A program made the translations under genes and the position numbers. Under the pieces are notes generated by a model that saw only the letters and a list, made by a program, of their open reading frames with translations, was not told the DNA's origin and did not search any database. From contig OX597842.1 of assembly GCA_951406725.2 (NCBI GenBank), forward strand, positions 1,054,001 to 1,118,000: DNA of 64,000 nucleotides. Reading direction: 5' to 3'. Below, one piece after another: positions 52,730-64,000 of this stretch (position 1 is the first letter of the stretch; every line of letters starts with the position of its first letter). The DNA is from Octopus vulgaris (Eukaryota).

Positions 52730-53114
52730 TAAACGAAAGAATTTAGTTGAGTGAGGACAAGTTTTCCATTGTCTAAACCTAATTTCTGTCTCCTATTTCT
52801 CCTTCTGTCATCCGCAAACCTCTCTCATCTATCGTCTGCTTCCTGCATTCTATCTTATCTTCCATCTGCAGTTTCAATCTCTGCTGTCTCCCATCGTTGT
52901 TTCTTTCATCTAACTTTAGTCTCTGCTCTTCAATCTCCTACAATTTTCTTTTCTGTATCTCATTCTTCTAATTCTAAGAAACACGTATCGACTCTAAATC
53001 ATTTCTAATCTTATATAAAAATCACCATTTTTATTAACGACCTAAGTTTTAATAACGATGTCATAAATGGAATATATTAATGCCTTCTCCATCATCTATC
53101 CTGATATCTTTTTT

Positions 53115-53420
53115 ATCTTACTTGTTTCAGTTGCAAGGCTGTGGCCATGCTGGAGCACCACCTTGAAAAATTTTTAGTTGAAAGAATTGACACCAATACT
53201 AATTTTCAAAGACTGGCACTTATTCTATCAGTGGCTTTTGCTGAATTGCTGAATTGCTAAGTTGTCGGGATGTAAACACACAACTAAGAATCCATAAACC
53301 AGAAAAGATATGCACCCATATACCAGTTATTAGATTGGGGATAGCAATCGAAGTATACAGTATCATATAGCCATTACAACCAGCATCGGTTATCAAGCGA
53401 TGCTGGAGGGACACACACAG

Positions 53421-53482
<62 letters not shown>

Positions 53483-53725
53483 CAGTCTTCTTTCAGCTTC
53501 TGTCTACCAAATCCACACACAAGGCTCTGGTCAGCCCGAGGCTATAGTAGAAGACACTTGCCCAAGGTGCCACACAGTAGGACTGAACTCAGAACCATGT
53601 GGTTGGTAAGCAAGCTACTTACCACACAGTCACTCCTCTGTGTGTGTGTGTGTATATATATGTACTTGTGTGTGTATATGTTTGTGTGTCTGTGTTTGTC
53701 CTCCCAACATCGCTTGACAACCAGT
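53115..53725 (-). mobile_element. SINE family A (degenerate, with insert) and a short + fragment
   Basis: Consensus matches. Confidence 0.7.
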
Positions 53726-54021
53726 CACAGATTGATATGTAGCAGCAAGTTTGTTGCATCTCCTGATATGTAACTTTCACTTTTATTTTTCATCCTAAGA
53801 CCAACAAAAAAAATAAAAAGACTAGATGCAGTCATAGCAGTTGATTTCATTTTCATTTCTGATTTCATGTAAATCTGAATTTGCCATGTGTTCCGACCTC
53901 AATTTCAACCAATTAGAGCTACAACAAGTTCACAAAATAAGTTCTAGGAAGTTCTTTCAGCGATGCCTTTGAAAATAGCCATTTTAAATGTAAAAAGCAG
54001 AGAATTCAGACACTGTTACGA

Positions 54022-54665
54022 TGGAGGCACATGGCCTAGTGGTTAGAGCAGCGGATTCGTGGTCGGGGTGTCGCAGGTTCGAATCTCAGACCAAGCGGTG
54101 TGTGTGTTTATAAGCGAAACACCTAAGATCCACGCGGTTCCGGCAGAAGGTAATGACGAACTTCTGCTGACTCTTTTGCCACAACACTCTCTCACTCTTT
54201 CCTCCTGCATCTTGCAGCTCACCTGTGACAGACTGGCGTCCCATCCACGTGGGGAACCTATATGCCAAGGAAACTGGGAAACCAGCCCTTATGAACCAGG
54301 CATGGCTTGAGAAGTAACAAACAACAACATATATATATATGTGTATATATATATATATATGTGTGTGTGGTGGCACATAGCCTAGTGGTTAGAGCAGCAG
54401 ACTCACGGTCGAGGAAACAGGGATTCGAATCTCAGACCGAGCGATGTGTGTGTTTATGAGCGAAACACCTGAGCTCCACGCAGCTCTGTCAGAAGGTAAT
54501 GGCGAACTTCTGCTGACTCTTTCGCCACAACTTTCTCTCACTCTTTCCTCCTAAATCTTGCAGCTCACCTGTGACAGACCAGCGTCCCATCCAGGTGGGG
54601 AACCTATATGCCAAGGAAACCAGGAAACTGGCCCTTATAAGCCAGGCATGGCTCAAGAAGGAACA
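54022..54665 (+). mobile_element. two tandem tRNA-derived SINEs (family D-related)
   Basis: A box TGGCCTAGTGG, B box GGTTCGAATCT; ~300 bp copies at 54022-54325 and 54368-54665. Confidence 0.8.
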
Positions 54666-54947
54666 TTGTTATGATCCTCAACAAATTCTTCTCTCATTGC
54701 TGTTTTCACAGCTTCATACTCCAACCAGTGTGATTTTCTTAATAGCTGTTTTCACAGCTCTATAAACCAATTTGGAGATGAAGAATCAATGCAGCCAAAT
54801 GTTTTTGCAGCAATGTCCAAACCAATTTAATCATTAATTGACTGTGGAGACCTCCAGCTCCTGTAAAATATGATGTTCATACAAATTTGATACTGTTTGT
54901 ATTTCATGAAGCTTCGTTAGAAAAAAATCTGGCTATAAATGTTGAAT

Positions 54948-55527
54948 ATAAATTGCCACCAACTTTTGTCACAACTACAATACATATAGGTGCAGGAGTG
55001 GCTGTGTGGTAAGTAGCTTGCTTACTAACCACATGGTTCCGGGTTCAGTCCCATTGCATGGCACGTTGAGCAAGTGTCTTCTACTATGGCCTCGGGCTTA
55101 CCAAAGCCTTGTGAGTGGATTTGGTAGACGGAAACTGAAAGAAGCCCGTCATAAATTGCCACCAAGTTTTGTCACAACTACTATACATAGAGGTGTAGGA
55201 GTGGCTGTGTGGTAAGTAACTTGCTTATCAACCACATGGTTCTGGGTTCAGTCCCACTGCATGGCACCTTGGGTAAGTGTCTTCTACTATAGTCTCGGGC
55301 CAACTAAAGCCTTGTGAGTGGATTTGGTAGACGGAAACTGTAAGAAGCCCGTCGTATATATGTGTTGAGACTCAAATTGTTGCTGTCATTGGTAAATATA
55401 GATACTTATAATAGTAGAAGATTGTGGAGAAAGTTTTAAAATGTCTCCCTGATAATTAAAACATTTTTCTATATTGTTTGCAAGATTCTTTATCTGAATC
55501 TTATTATGTCTTGGGAGTGTATATATA

Positions 55528-55560
<33 letters not shown>

Positions 55561-55790
55561 GTATGGGTGTATATGTTTGTGTGTCTGTGTTTGTCCCCCA
55601 ACATTCGCTTGACAACCGATGCTAGTGTGTTTACGTCCCCGTAACTTAGCGGTTCAGCAAAAGAGACTGATAGAATAAGTACTGGGCTTACAAAGAATTA
55701 GTCCCGGGGTCGATTTGCTCGACTAGAAGGCGGTGCTCCAGCATGGCCGCAGTCAAATGACTGAAACAAGTGAAAGAGTAAAGAGAGAGT
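54948..55790 (+). mobile_element. SINE family A with a ~202 bp tandem duplication of flank+head and an insert at 55364-55520
   Basis: ATAAATTGCCACCAA.TTTTGTCACAACTAC precedes both heads. Confidence 0.8.
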
Positions 55791-56069
55791 ACACATCAAA
55801 ACAAAGCTTCCATTAATTGCTCATGGTCGTTGTTGATCATTTTTACATCCAGTCCTAGAAAGACATTTTCGTTTTCCATCAACGCCATTCCAGAGGCACA
55901 ACAAACCCCAACTCAGTCATCTGTTGCTTATCTTCTGTATTCTCTCTTTTGCTTCTATCATTTTCCAATCTGTTGTCTTTCATCATTATTTCTATCATCT
56001 CTCTTCTCTTTAGAACAAATTTTTATCCATTCTTGCCATCGTCTATGTTTAAGAATCTCTTATCCACTA

Positions 56070-56272
56070 TGTTTACTCTTTCAGTCATTTGACTGTGGCT
56101 ATGCTAGAGCACCGCCTTTTAGTCGAGCAAATCGACCCCTGAACTTATTCTTTGTAAGCCTAGTACTTACCCTATCGGTCTCTTTTGCTGAACCGCTAAG
56201 TAACAGGGACATAAACACACCAGCATCGGTTGTCAAACGATGTTGGGGAGAAAAACACAGACACACAAACAC

Positions 56273-56303
<31 letters not shown>

Positions 56304-56695
56304 CCACGGACTTCTTTCAGTTTCCGTTACTATGTTTACTCTTTTACTTGCTTCAGTCATTTGACTGTGGCCATGCTGGAGCACCGCCTTTAGTCGAGTA
56401 AATCGACCCTGGGACTTATTCTGAACCGCTAAGTTACGGGGACGTAACCACACCAGCATCGGTTGTCAAGCAATGTTGGGAGTGGGGACAAACACAGACA
56501 CACACACACACATATATATATACATATATGTGACAGGTTTCTTTCAGTTTCTGTCTACCAAATCCACTCACAAGGCTTTGGCCGGCCCGAGGCTATAGTA
56601 GAAGACACTTGCCCAAGGTGCCACGCAGTGGGACTGAACCCAGAACCATGTGGTTGATAAGCAAGCTACTTACCACACAGCCACTCCTGCGCCTA
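56070..56695 (-). mobile_element. SINE family A, full copy plus duplicated 3' part
   Basis: Consensus matches; ACTATGTTTACTCTTT repeated. Confidence 0.8.
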
Positions 56696-57341
56696 TATGT
56701 TTCAACATGAATCTTTTACAATGGCTATTTTATTAGCTATGTTAAGTTTTAAGGACAATACCATCAAGGGAAATATTTGTACAATTTTAACTCAAACCCC
56801 TTCCAATATATATACACATATATTTACCAACAAAAGCTTCTAGTTGAGTTTCAAACAATTAAATTCGCAATAACATGTGAAATTGTCTTCTATTGTCTGA
56901 CTTCCATTAATCTTTAATATTTTGTCTTCCATTACTTTCTCTGTCTGTTGTCTGCTTTCTCCTATCTTCTTCGCCTCCCTACATTCTGTCTTCTTCTCAT
57001 TCCTGACATTACATCTCTATTTTCTACAGTTTACAATTCTGTTCACTTGTGTCAGTCATTATCTATTATTTTTATTCAGTTTTGTTCATCTTACTTTAAT
57101 CCTCCATCTTAAATATCCTCTCTTCTATTTTGCCTTCTGTTTCTCTTCCATTTACCTTCTGCTTCTATCGTCTGCTTTCTCTTGTCTTCTTTGACTCTCT
57201 CCATGCTCTCTTCTCCATCTTCTTCTCACTCCAAACATTATTATATCTTCTCCATTTTCTCTTTTACTATTCTGTTCATTTATCTCAGTCATCGTCTTTT
57301 AGTTTTCTTCAGTTAGGTTTACCTCACTACAACCTTCCAGC

Positions 57342-59092
57342 TTAACCCTTTCATTACTGTATTTCTGTTGAGATGCTCTGTGTTTCTTTCAATTAATCTT
57401 AAATATCACAAAGAATTTAGTAAAATAACTTAGTTATCATTAAGTCAGTGTTTGGAACATAAATTGTGACTAAGGTTTGGTGGAAGATTTTAATTCAAAA
57501 CTTATGAAAACAAGACATTTGTACTACAGAGCCAGAGGTGGTTTCAGCCAGGTTGGTATCAAAAGGGTTAAATATAACAAAGAATTTAGTAAAATAACTC
57601 AGTTATCATTAAGTCAGTGTTTGGAACATAAATTGTGACTAAGGTTTGGTGGAAGATTTTAATTCAAAACTTATGAAAACAAGACATTTGTACTACAGAG
57701 CCAGAGGTGGTTTCAGCCAGGTTGGTATCAAAAGGGTTAAATATAACAAAGAATTTAGTAAAATAACTCAGTTATCATTAAGTCAGTGTTTGGAACATAA
57801 ATTGTGACTAAGGCTTGGTGGAAGATTTTAATTCAAAACTTATGAAAACAAGACATTTGTACTACAGAGCCAGAGGTGGTTTCAGCCAGGTTGGTATCAA
57901 AAGGGTTAAATATAACAAAGAATTTAGTAAAATAACTCAGTTATCATTAAGTCAGTGTTTGGAACATAAATTGTGACTAAGGCTTGGTGGAAGATTTTAA
58001 TTCAAAACTTATGAAAACAAGACATTTGTACTACAGAGCCAGAGGTGGTTTCAGCCAGGTTGGTATCAAAAGGGTTAAATATAACAAAGAATTTAGTAAA
58101 ATAACTCAGTTATCATTAAGTCAGTGTTTGGAACATAAATTGTGACTAAGGTTTGGTGGAAGATTTTAATTCAAAACTTATGAAAACAAGACATTTGTAC
58201 TACAGAGCCAGAGGTGGTTTCAGCCAGGTTGGTATCAAAAGGGTTAAATATAACAAAGAATTTAGTAAAATAACTCAGTTATCATTAAGTCAGTGTTTGG
58301 AACATAAATTGTGACTAAGGTTTGGTGGAAGATTTTAATTCAAAACTTATGAAAACAAGACATTTGTACTACAGAGCCAGAGCCGGTTTCAGCCAGGTTG
58401 GTATCAAAAGGGTTAAATATAACAAAGAATTTAGTAAAATAACTCAGTTATCATTAAGTCAGTGTTTGGAACATAAATTGTGACTAAGGCTTGGTGGAAG
58501 ATTTTAATTCAAAACTTATGAAAACAAGACATTTGTACTACAGAGCCAGAGGTGGTTTCAGCCAGGTTGGTATCAAAAGGGTTAAATATAACAAAGAATT
58601 TAGTAAAATAACTCAGTTATCATTAAGTCAGTGTTTGGAACATAAATTGTGACTAAGGTTTGGTGGAAGATTTTAATTCAAAACTTATGAAAACAAGACA
58701 TTTGTACTACAGAGCCAGAGCCGGTTTCAGCCAGGTTGGTATCAAAAGGGTTAAATATAACAAAGAATTTAGTAAAATAACTCAGTTATCATTAAGTCAG
58801 TGTTTGGAACATAAATTGTGACTAAGGTTTGGTGGAAGATTTTAATTCAAAACTTATGAAAACAAGACATTTGTACTACAGAGCCAGAGCCGGTTTCAGT
58901 CAGGTTGGTATCAAAAGGGTTAAATATAACAAAGAATTTAGTAAAATAGCTTAGTTATCATTAAGCTAGTGTTAGGAACATAAATTGTGACTAAGGTTTG
59001 GTGGAAGATTTTAATTCAAAACTTATGAAAACAAGACATTTGTACTACAGAGCCAGAGCCGGTTTCAGCCAGGTTGGTACTGAAAGGGTTAA
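57342..59092. mobile_element. piggyBac-type MITE with tandemly amplified right end
   Basis: TTAA|CCCTTTCATTAC ... GTACTGAAAGGG|TTAA. Confidence 0.8.
57399..59088. repeat. 10 x 169 bp tandem satellite
   Basis: GGGTTAA at 57565, 57734, 57903, 58072, 58241, 58410, 58579, 58748, 58917 and 59086. Confidence 0.97.
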
Positions 59093-59341
59093 ATATTTTT
59101 CTCTTCTGGTTATCTTCTGCTTCTATTGTCTGCTTTCTCCTGTCTTCTATATTCTTCTCTCTTAATTAACATCTCTCTTTATTTTTTCTCTAATCTCTCT
59201 CTTCTTTTCCATCATAAATTTTCAAAACTTTTTCATTCTTTTTTTATCTTTTTCTTCCTGTTTCTTTTCTCTCTGCCATCTTTTATACTTTACCATCTTC
59301 TATTTTCTGCTTCGTATATTCTAATACCAATATTTCATTAG

Positions 59342-59747
59342 CTCTTTTACTCTTTTACTTGTTTCAGTCATTTGACTGCGGCCATGCTGGAGCACCGCCT
59401 TTTTAGTCGAACAAATCGAACTCAGAACTTATTCTTTGGAAGCCTAGTACTTATTCTATCGTTCTCCTTTGCCAAACCGCTAAGTTACGGGGACATAAAC
59501 ACACCAGCATTGGTTGTCAAGTGATGTTGGGGGAACAAACACAGACACAAAATCACACACACATACATATATACATATATACGATGGGTTTCTTTCAGTT
59601 TCCGTCTAGCAAATCCACTCACAAGGCTTTGGTCAGCCCGAGGCTATAGTAGAAGACACTTGTCCAAGGTGCCACGCAGTGAGACTGAACCCGGAACCAT
59701 GCTTTTGGTAAGCAAGCTACTTACCACACAGCCACTACTGCGCCTAT
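59342..59747 (-). mobile_element. SINE family A, full length
   Basis: Consensus match. Confidence 0.9.
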
Positions 59748-60167
59748 AAAGGTGAAAGGCCAAGTTGACCTTGATGGAATTTGAACTCAGAACAAAATGC
59801 TGCTAATCATTTTGTCCAGCGTGCTAATGATTCTGCCAGCTTGCCTTGCTATAAAACTTTTAATAATGTTGTGTCTTGGGAGGGTCATTACACCAATACT
59901 AACAACACATGCACAGGTTCAATTTCACTTCTTTATTGTTAGTCAGCTGATTAAATATCTCACCAAACTAACTAATTTGATGTTTGTTTAATGCGCTTAA
60001 GTCACTGAAAAGGTAATGAACAACAGCAAAATAACATTGATTAACAAACAACTGACTAATTGTTTAACCAGCACATCTAACAAACAATTGATTAGTTAGT
60101 TGGTGAGATATTTAATTAACTAATTAACGATAAAGAAGAGGAATTGAACCAGTGTGTGCATTATTAA

Positions 60168-60926
60168 TCTTTTCTACTCTAAGCATAAGGCCTGAAATTT
60201 TGGGGGAGGGGCCAGTCGATTAGATTGACCCCAATATGCAACTGGTACTTAATTTATCGACCCCGAAAGGATGAAAGGCAAAGTCGACCTCGGCAGAATT
60301 TGAACTCAGAACGTAGCAACGAGCGAAATACCTATTTTTTTTACTACCCACAAGGGGCTACACACACAGGGGACAATCAAGGAAAGACAAACGGATTAAG
60401 TCAATTACATCGATCCCAGTGTGCAAATAGTACTTAATTTATCGACCCCGAAAGGATGAAAGGCAAAGTCGACCTCAGTGGAATTTGAACTCAGAACATA
60501 ACAGCAGATGAAATACCTATTTCTTTACTACCCACAAGGGGCTAAACACAGAGAGGGGACAAACAAATGGATTAAGTCGATTATATTGACCCCAGTGCAT
60601 AACTGGTACTTATTTAATCGACCCTGAAAGAATGAAAGGCAAAGTCGACCTCGGCGGAATTTGAACTCAGAACATAACAGCAGACGAAATACCTATTTCT
60701 TTACTACCCACAAGGGGCTAAACACAGAGAGAGGACAAACAAGGACAGATAAACAGATTAAGTCGATTATATCGACCCCAGTGCATAACTGGTACTTATT
60801 TAATTGACCCCAAAAGGGTGAAACGCAAAGTCGACCTCGGCGGGATTTGAACTTAGATTGTAGCGGCAGACGAAATACTGATAAGCATTTCATCCGGCAT
60901 GCTAACGATTCTGCCAGCTTGCCGCC
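60168..60926 (-). mobile_element. SINE family B head+(body)x4 concatemer
   Basis: Single head at 60926; junction GAAATAC|CTATTT at ~60331, ~60516 and ~60692. Confidence 0.85.
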
Positions 60927-61140
60927 TTTTATCAATATTGGCATAATGACACTCCCAAGACAATAAAATTTGTTACAACACGCAAATTCAGATAAAGAAT
61001 CTTGCAAACCAAATACAAAGTCGTTTTAATGATGATCTTATCAATGAGACATTTTAAAACTTTCTCCACAATCTTCTACCATTATATGTATTTATATTTA
61101 ACAATGACAGCAATAATTTGAGTCTCAACCCATAAATTCA

Positions 61141-61770
61141 CAGGCATGGCTGCGTGGTAAGAAGCTTGCTTGCTAACCATATGAGTCTGGGTTCAGTCCC
61201 ACAATGTGACATATTGGGCAAGTGTCTTCTACTATAGCCTCAGGCTAACCAAAGCCTTGTGAGTGGATTTAGTAGATGGAAACTGAGAGAAGCCCATCAG
61301 GCATGACTGTGTGGTAAGAAGCTTGCTTGTCAACCACATGGTTCCGGGTTCAGTCCCGGTGTGTGGGACTTTGGGCAAGCGTCTAATACAATAGCCTCGG
61401 GTTGACCAAAGCCTTGTGAGTGGATTTGGTAGATGGAAACTGAACGAAGCCCATCAGGCATGACTGTGTGGTAAGAAGCTTGCTTCTCAACCACATGGTT
61501 CCGGGTTCAGTCCCGGTGTGTGGCACTTTGGGCAAGCGTCTAATACAATAGCCTCGGGTTGACCAAAGCCTTGTGAGTGGATTTGGTAGATGGAAACTGA
61601 AAGAAGCCCATCAGGCATGACTGTGTGGTAAGAAGCTTGCTTCTCAACCACATGGTTCCGGGTTCAGTCCCAGTGTGTGGCACTTTGGGCAATTGTCTAA
61701 TACAATAGCCTCGGGTTGACCAAAGCCTTGTGAGTGGATTTGCTAGACAGAAACTGAAAGAAACCATTTT
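61141..61770 (+). repeat. 4 x 157 bp tandem array of SINE family A 5' halves
   Basis: CAGGCATG(G/A)CTG units start at 61141, 61298, 61455 and 61612. Confidence 0.9.
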
Positions 61771-61976
61771 ATACATACATACACGCAACATTTCATAAGC
61801 TGTGAGTTGTTATCAATGTTCAACACTTTCTCCATCAACCTTCCTTTTATAAATAAACTAAACAGTCTTCCGGTTGCAATGACAAGGGTGCCAGTTGATC
61901 TGATTGATGGACAGCCTGCTCATGAAAAGTAACATGCATGTGGATGAGCATTCCCTAAACATGCATACCCTTAATG

Positions 61977-62678
61977 TATTGGGTTGTCCGGAAAGTTTGT
62001 GCCGATTTCTAAAGGAAAGAAAAAGGTCAATAAATACTTGCCATTACATTTTTAATCAACCAAATATGAACCATTTTGTTGCACAATGCGTCTCCATCTT
62101 TCCTTTAACTTGAAAATACCCTCTTCCCAGAATTGAGGTGGTTTCATGGCAAAGAATTCATCAAGGTATCTTTTTATGTCATCCAAGGAATTGAAATTTT
62201 TACCATTAAGACTATTCTGCAAAGACCTGAATAAGTGGAAATCCGAATTTTTGTCTGGTTCCCAAAGCATCAAGTGCTGAAAATGAACTTTCTTATCTTC
62301 CATTTTAAAGGGTTACAGAATTAACACAGGTTATAGGAACATAAACCTTCTTCCACGAAAAGATAGCTTAAACTGTGCTCTAAATGGAGGTGTAGTCAAA
62401 TCCTATTTTATGGACTCAACCATGTTCTAAAATAAGTCGAAAGGTAAGCTACTATAAATCGGCCGAGCTGCAGCAATTTTTGTCTGGTTCCCAAAGCATC
62501 AAGTACTGAAAATGAACTTTCTTATCTTCCATTTTAAAGGGTTACAGAATTAACACAGGTTATAGGAACATAAACCTTCTTCCACGAAAAGATAGCTTAA
62601 ACTGTACACTAAATGGAGGTGTAGTCAAATCCTATTTTATGAACTCAACCATGTTCTAAAATAAGTCGAAAGGTAAGT
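61977..62678 (-). pseudogene. internally deleted mariner with duplicated 5' segment
   Basis: TA+TTGGGTTGTCCGGAAAG TIR; ORF 62052-62303 joins MEDKKVHFQHLMLWE to SDFHLFRSLQNSLNGKNF...FWEEGIFKLKERWRRIV; 62246-62448 repeated at 62475-62678. Confidence 0.88.
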
Positions 62679-62689
62679 GAAACAAGCAT

Positions 62690-63008
62690 TTTACATGCCA
62701 CCGGCATGGGAGCCAGTCAGGGGGCACTGGCATCGGTCACATTCCAATGGTGCTGTTTATGTACTGCCAGCACAGGAGCCTGTCAGGTAGCCCTCAAATT
62801 TTGGCAAAAAAGATCAGCAATTTCAAGGAAAGGGGATTTGTAGATTACATCGCCCCCAATGCTCAACTGGTGCTTATTTTATCAACCCCCAAAAAGACAA
62901 AAGATAAAGCCAACCTCAACAGAATTCAAACTTACGACATAAAATACAGACAAAATGCCGTGAAGCATTTTGCCCAAAGTTCTAACAATTCTGTCAGCTC
63001 ACCACCTT
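62690..63008 (-). mobile_element. RTE UTR fragment and degenerate SINE family B
   Basis: Partial consensus matches. Confidence 0.6.
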
Positions 63009-63269
63009 AACTTTCTCAAATATTATTTTTGCCTTTGGTCACCTGTTATTTACACCTGTCTGTTGCCTGTCTTCAGGATTCTGTATCCCGTCATCTGATT
63101 CTCCTAATTCCAGTTTGTCGTCTGTCATTAATTCTATCGTATCTCACCTGTCGTATACAATTTCCTTCAGTTCTTGCCTCGTCTTTTACATCTAAGAATC
63201 ACTCATCCATTATCGTTAATCATGAATCTTATAAAAATCACTCTTTTTTTTTAACTGTCTCTGGTATTT

Positions 63270-63602
63270 GACTTGTTTCATTCATTTGACTGTGGCCAAG
63301 CTGGGGCACCACCTTGAAGGGTTTTAGACAAACAAATTGTCCCAAACACTGATTTCCTCTGAACTCTGGTACTTATTCTATCATTTATATTTTACTTGTT
63401 TCAGTCATTAGACTGTGGCCAAGCTGGAGCACCACTCTGAAGAATTTTAGTCAAGCAAATCGAGCCCAGTACTTATTATTCTTTTAATATCTGGAACTTT
63501 TTCTATCAGTCTCTTTTACTCAACAGCTAAGTTACAGGGATGTAAACATACCAACATCGGCTGTCAAGTAGTGGTGGGAGACAAACACATATACCCCACC
63601 TC

Positions 63603-63638
<36 letters not shown>

Positions 63639-63863
63639 TTTAATCTTTTATTTGTTTCAGTCATTTGACTGTGTCCATGCTGGAGCACCGCCTTTAGTCG
63701 AACAAACTGACCCCAGGACTTATTCTTTGTAAGCCTAGTACTTATTCTATTGGTCTCTTTTGTTGAACTGCTAAGTTACAGGCACATAAACACACCAACA
63801 TCAGTTGTCAAGTGATGCTGGGAGACAAACACAGACACACAAACATATACACACACATACATT

Positions 63864-63880
<17 letters not shown>
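63270..63880 (-). mobile_element. three SINE family A 3' fragments
   Basis: Repeated TTGTTT(C/CA)..TCATT(T/A)GACTGTG tails. Confidence 0.75.
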
Positions 63881-63935
<55 letters not shown>

Positions 63936-64000
63936 ACGAAAAAAACAAAAGACGAAGACAGGGGGTGTACAAAACAAACAGATGTATTAGTATAACGCTC

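Noticed and set aside
54022-54100. tRNA genes (also the heads of SINE families A, B and D)
   Set aside because: A/B boxes are present but there is no complete cloverleaf, and the heads continue into repeated SINE bodies
57399-59088. CRISPR-like array
   Set aside because: Units are near-identical over their full 169 bp with no unique spacers; no cas genes; eukaryotic context

Overview
AT-rich, repeat-saturated eukaryotic DNA with no intact host gene, rRNA, tRNA gene or CRISPR array that I can support. The repeat content (three tRNA-headed SINE families, RTE 3' ends with (GAT)n tails, long TA/TAA/CAT/GTAT microsatellites) looks like an intergenic or intronic region of an octopod cephalopod genome; this is an inference from memory, not a search result. 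Almost all ORF-track calls are microsatellite or SINE artefacts. The real coding remnants are transposon fragments: three mariner transposase pieces, RTE reverse transcriptase pieces and two R4/Dong-like RLE-domain pieces. The most notable observations are: (1) a TTAA-flanked piggyBac-type MITE whose right end is amplified into a 10 x 169 bp satellite; (2) tandem arrays of a putative H-type pseudoknot in the RTE 3' UTR; (3) several Penelope-type minimal hammerhead-like motifs, some inside long palindromes, one split by a Helitron and one with a U3-A8 core; (4) a ~555 bp non-coding element found only inside (TAA)n; (5) SINE concatemers with the same junction at two loci; (6) a fold-back Helitron; (7) a few unique-looking islands with candidate regulatory motifs, including a strong CTCF-like site. 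Coordinates were read by eye, and the ends of degenerate copies are approximate.
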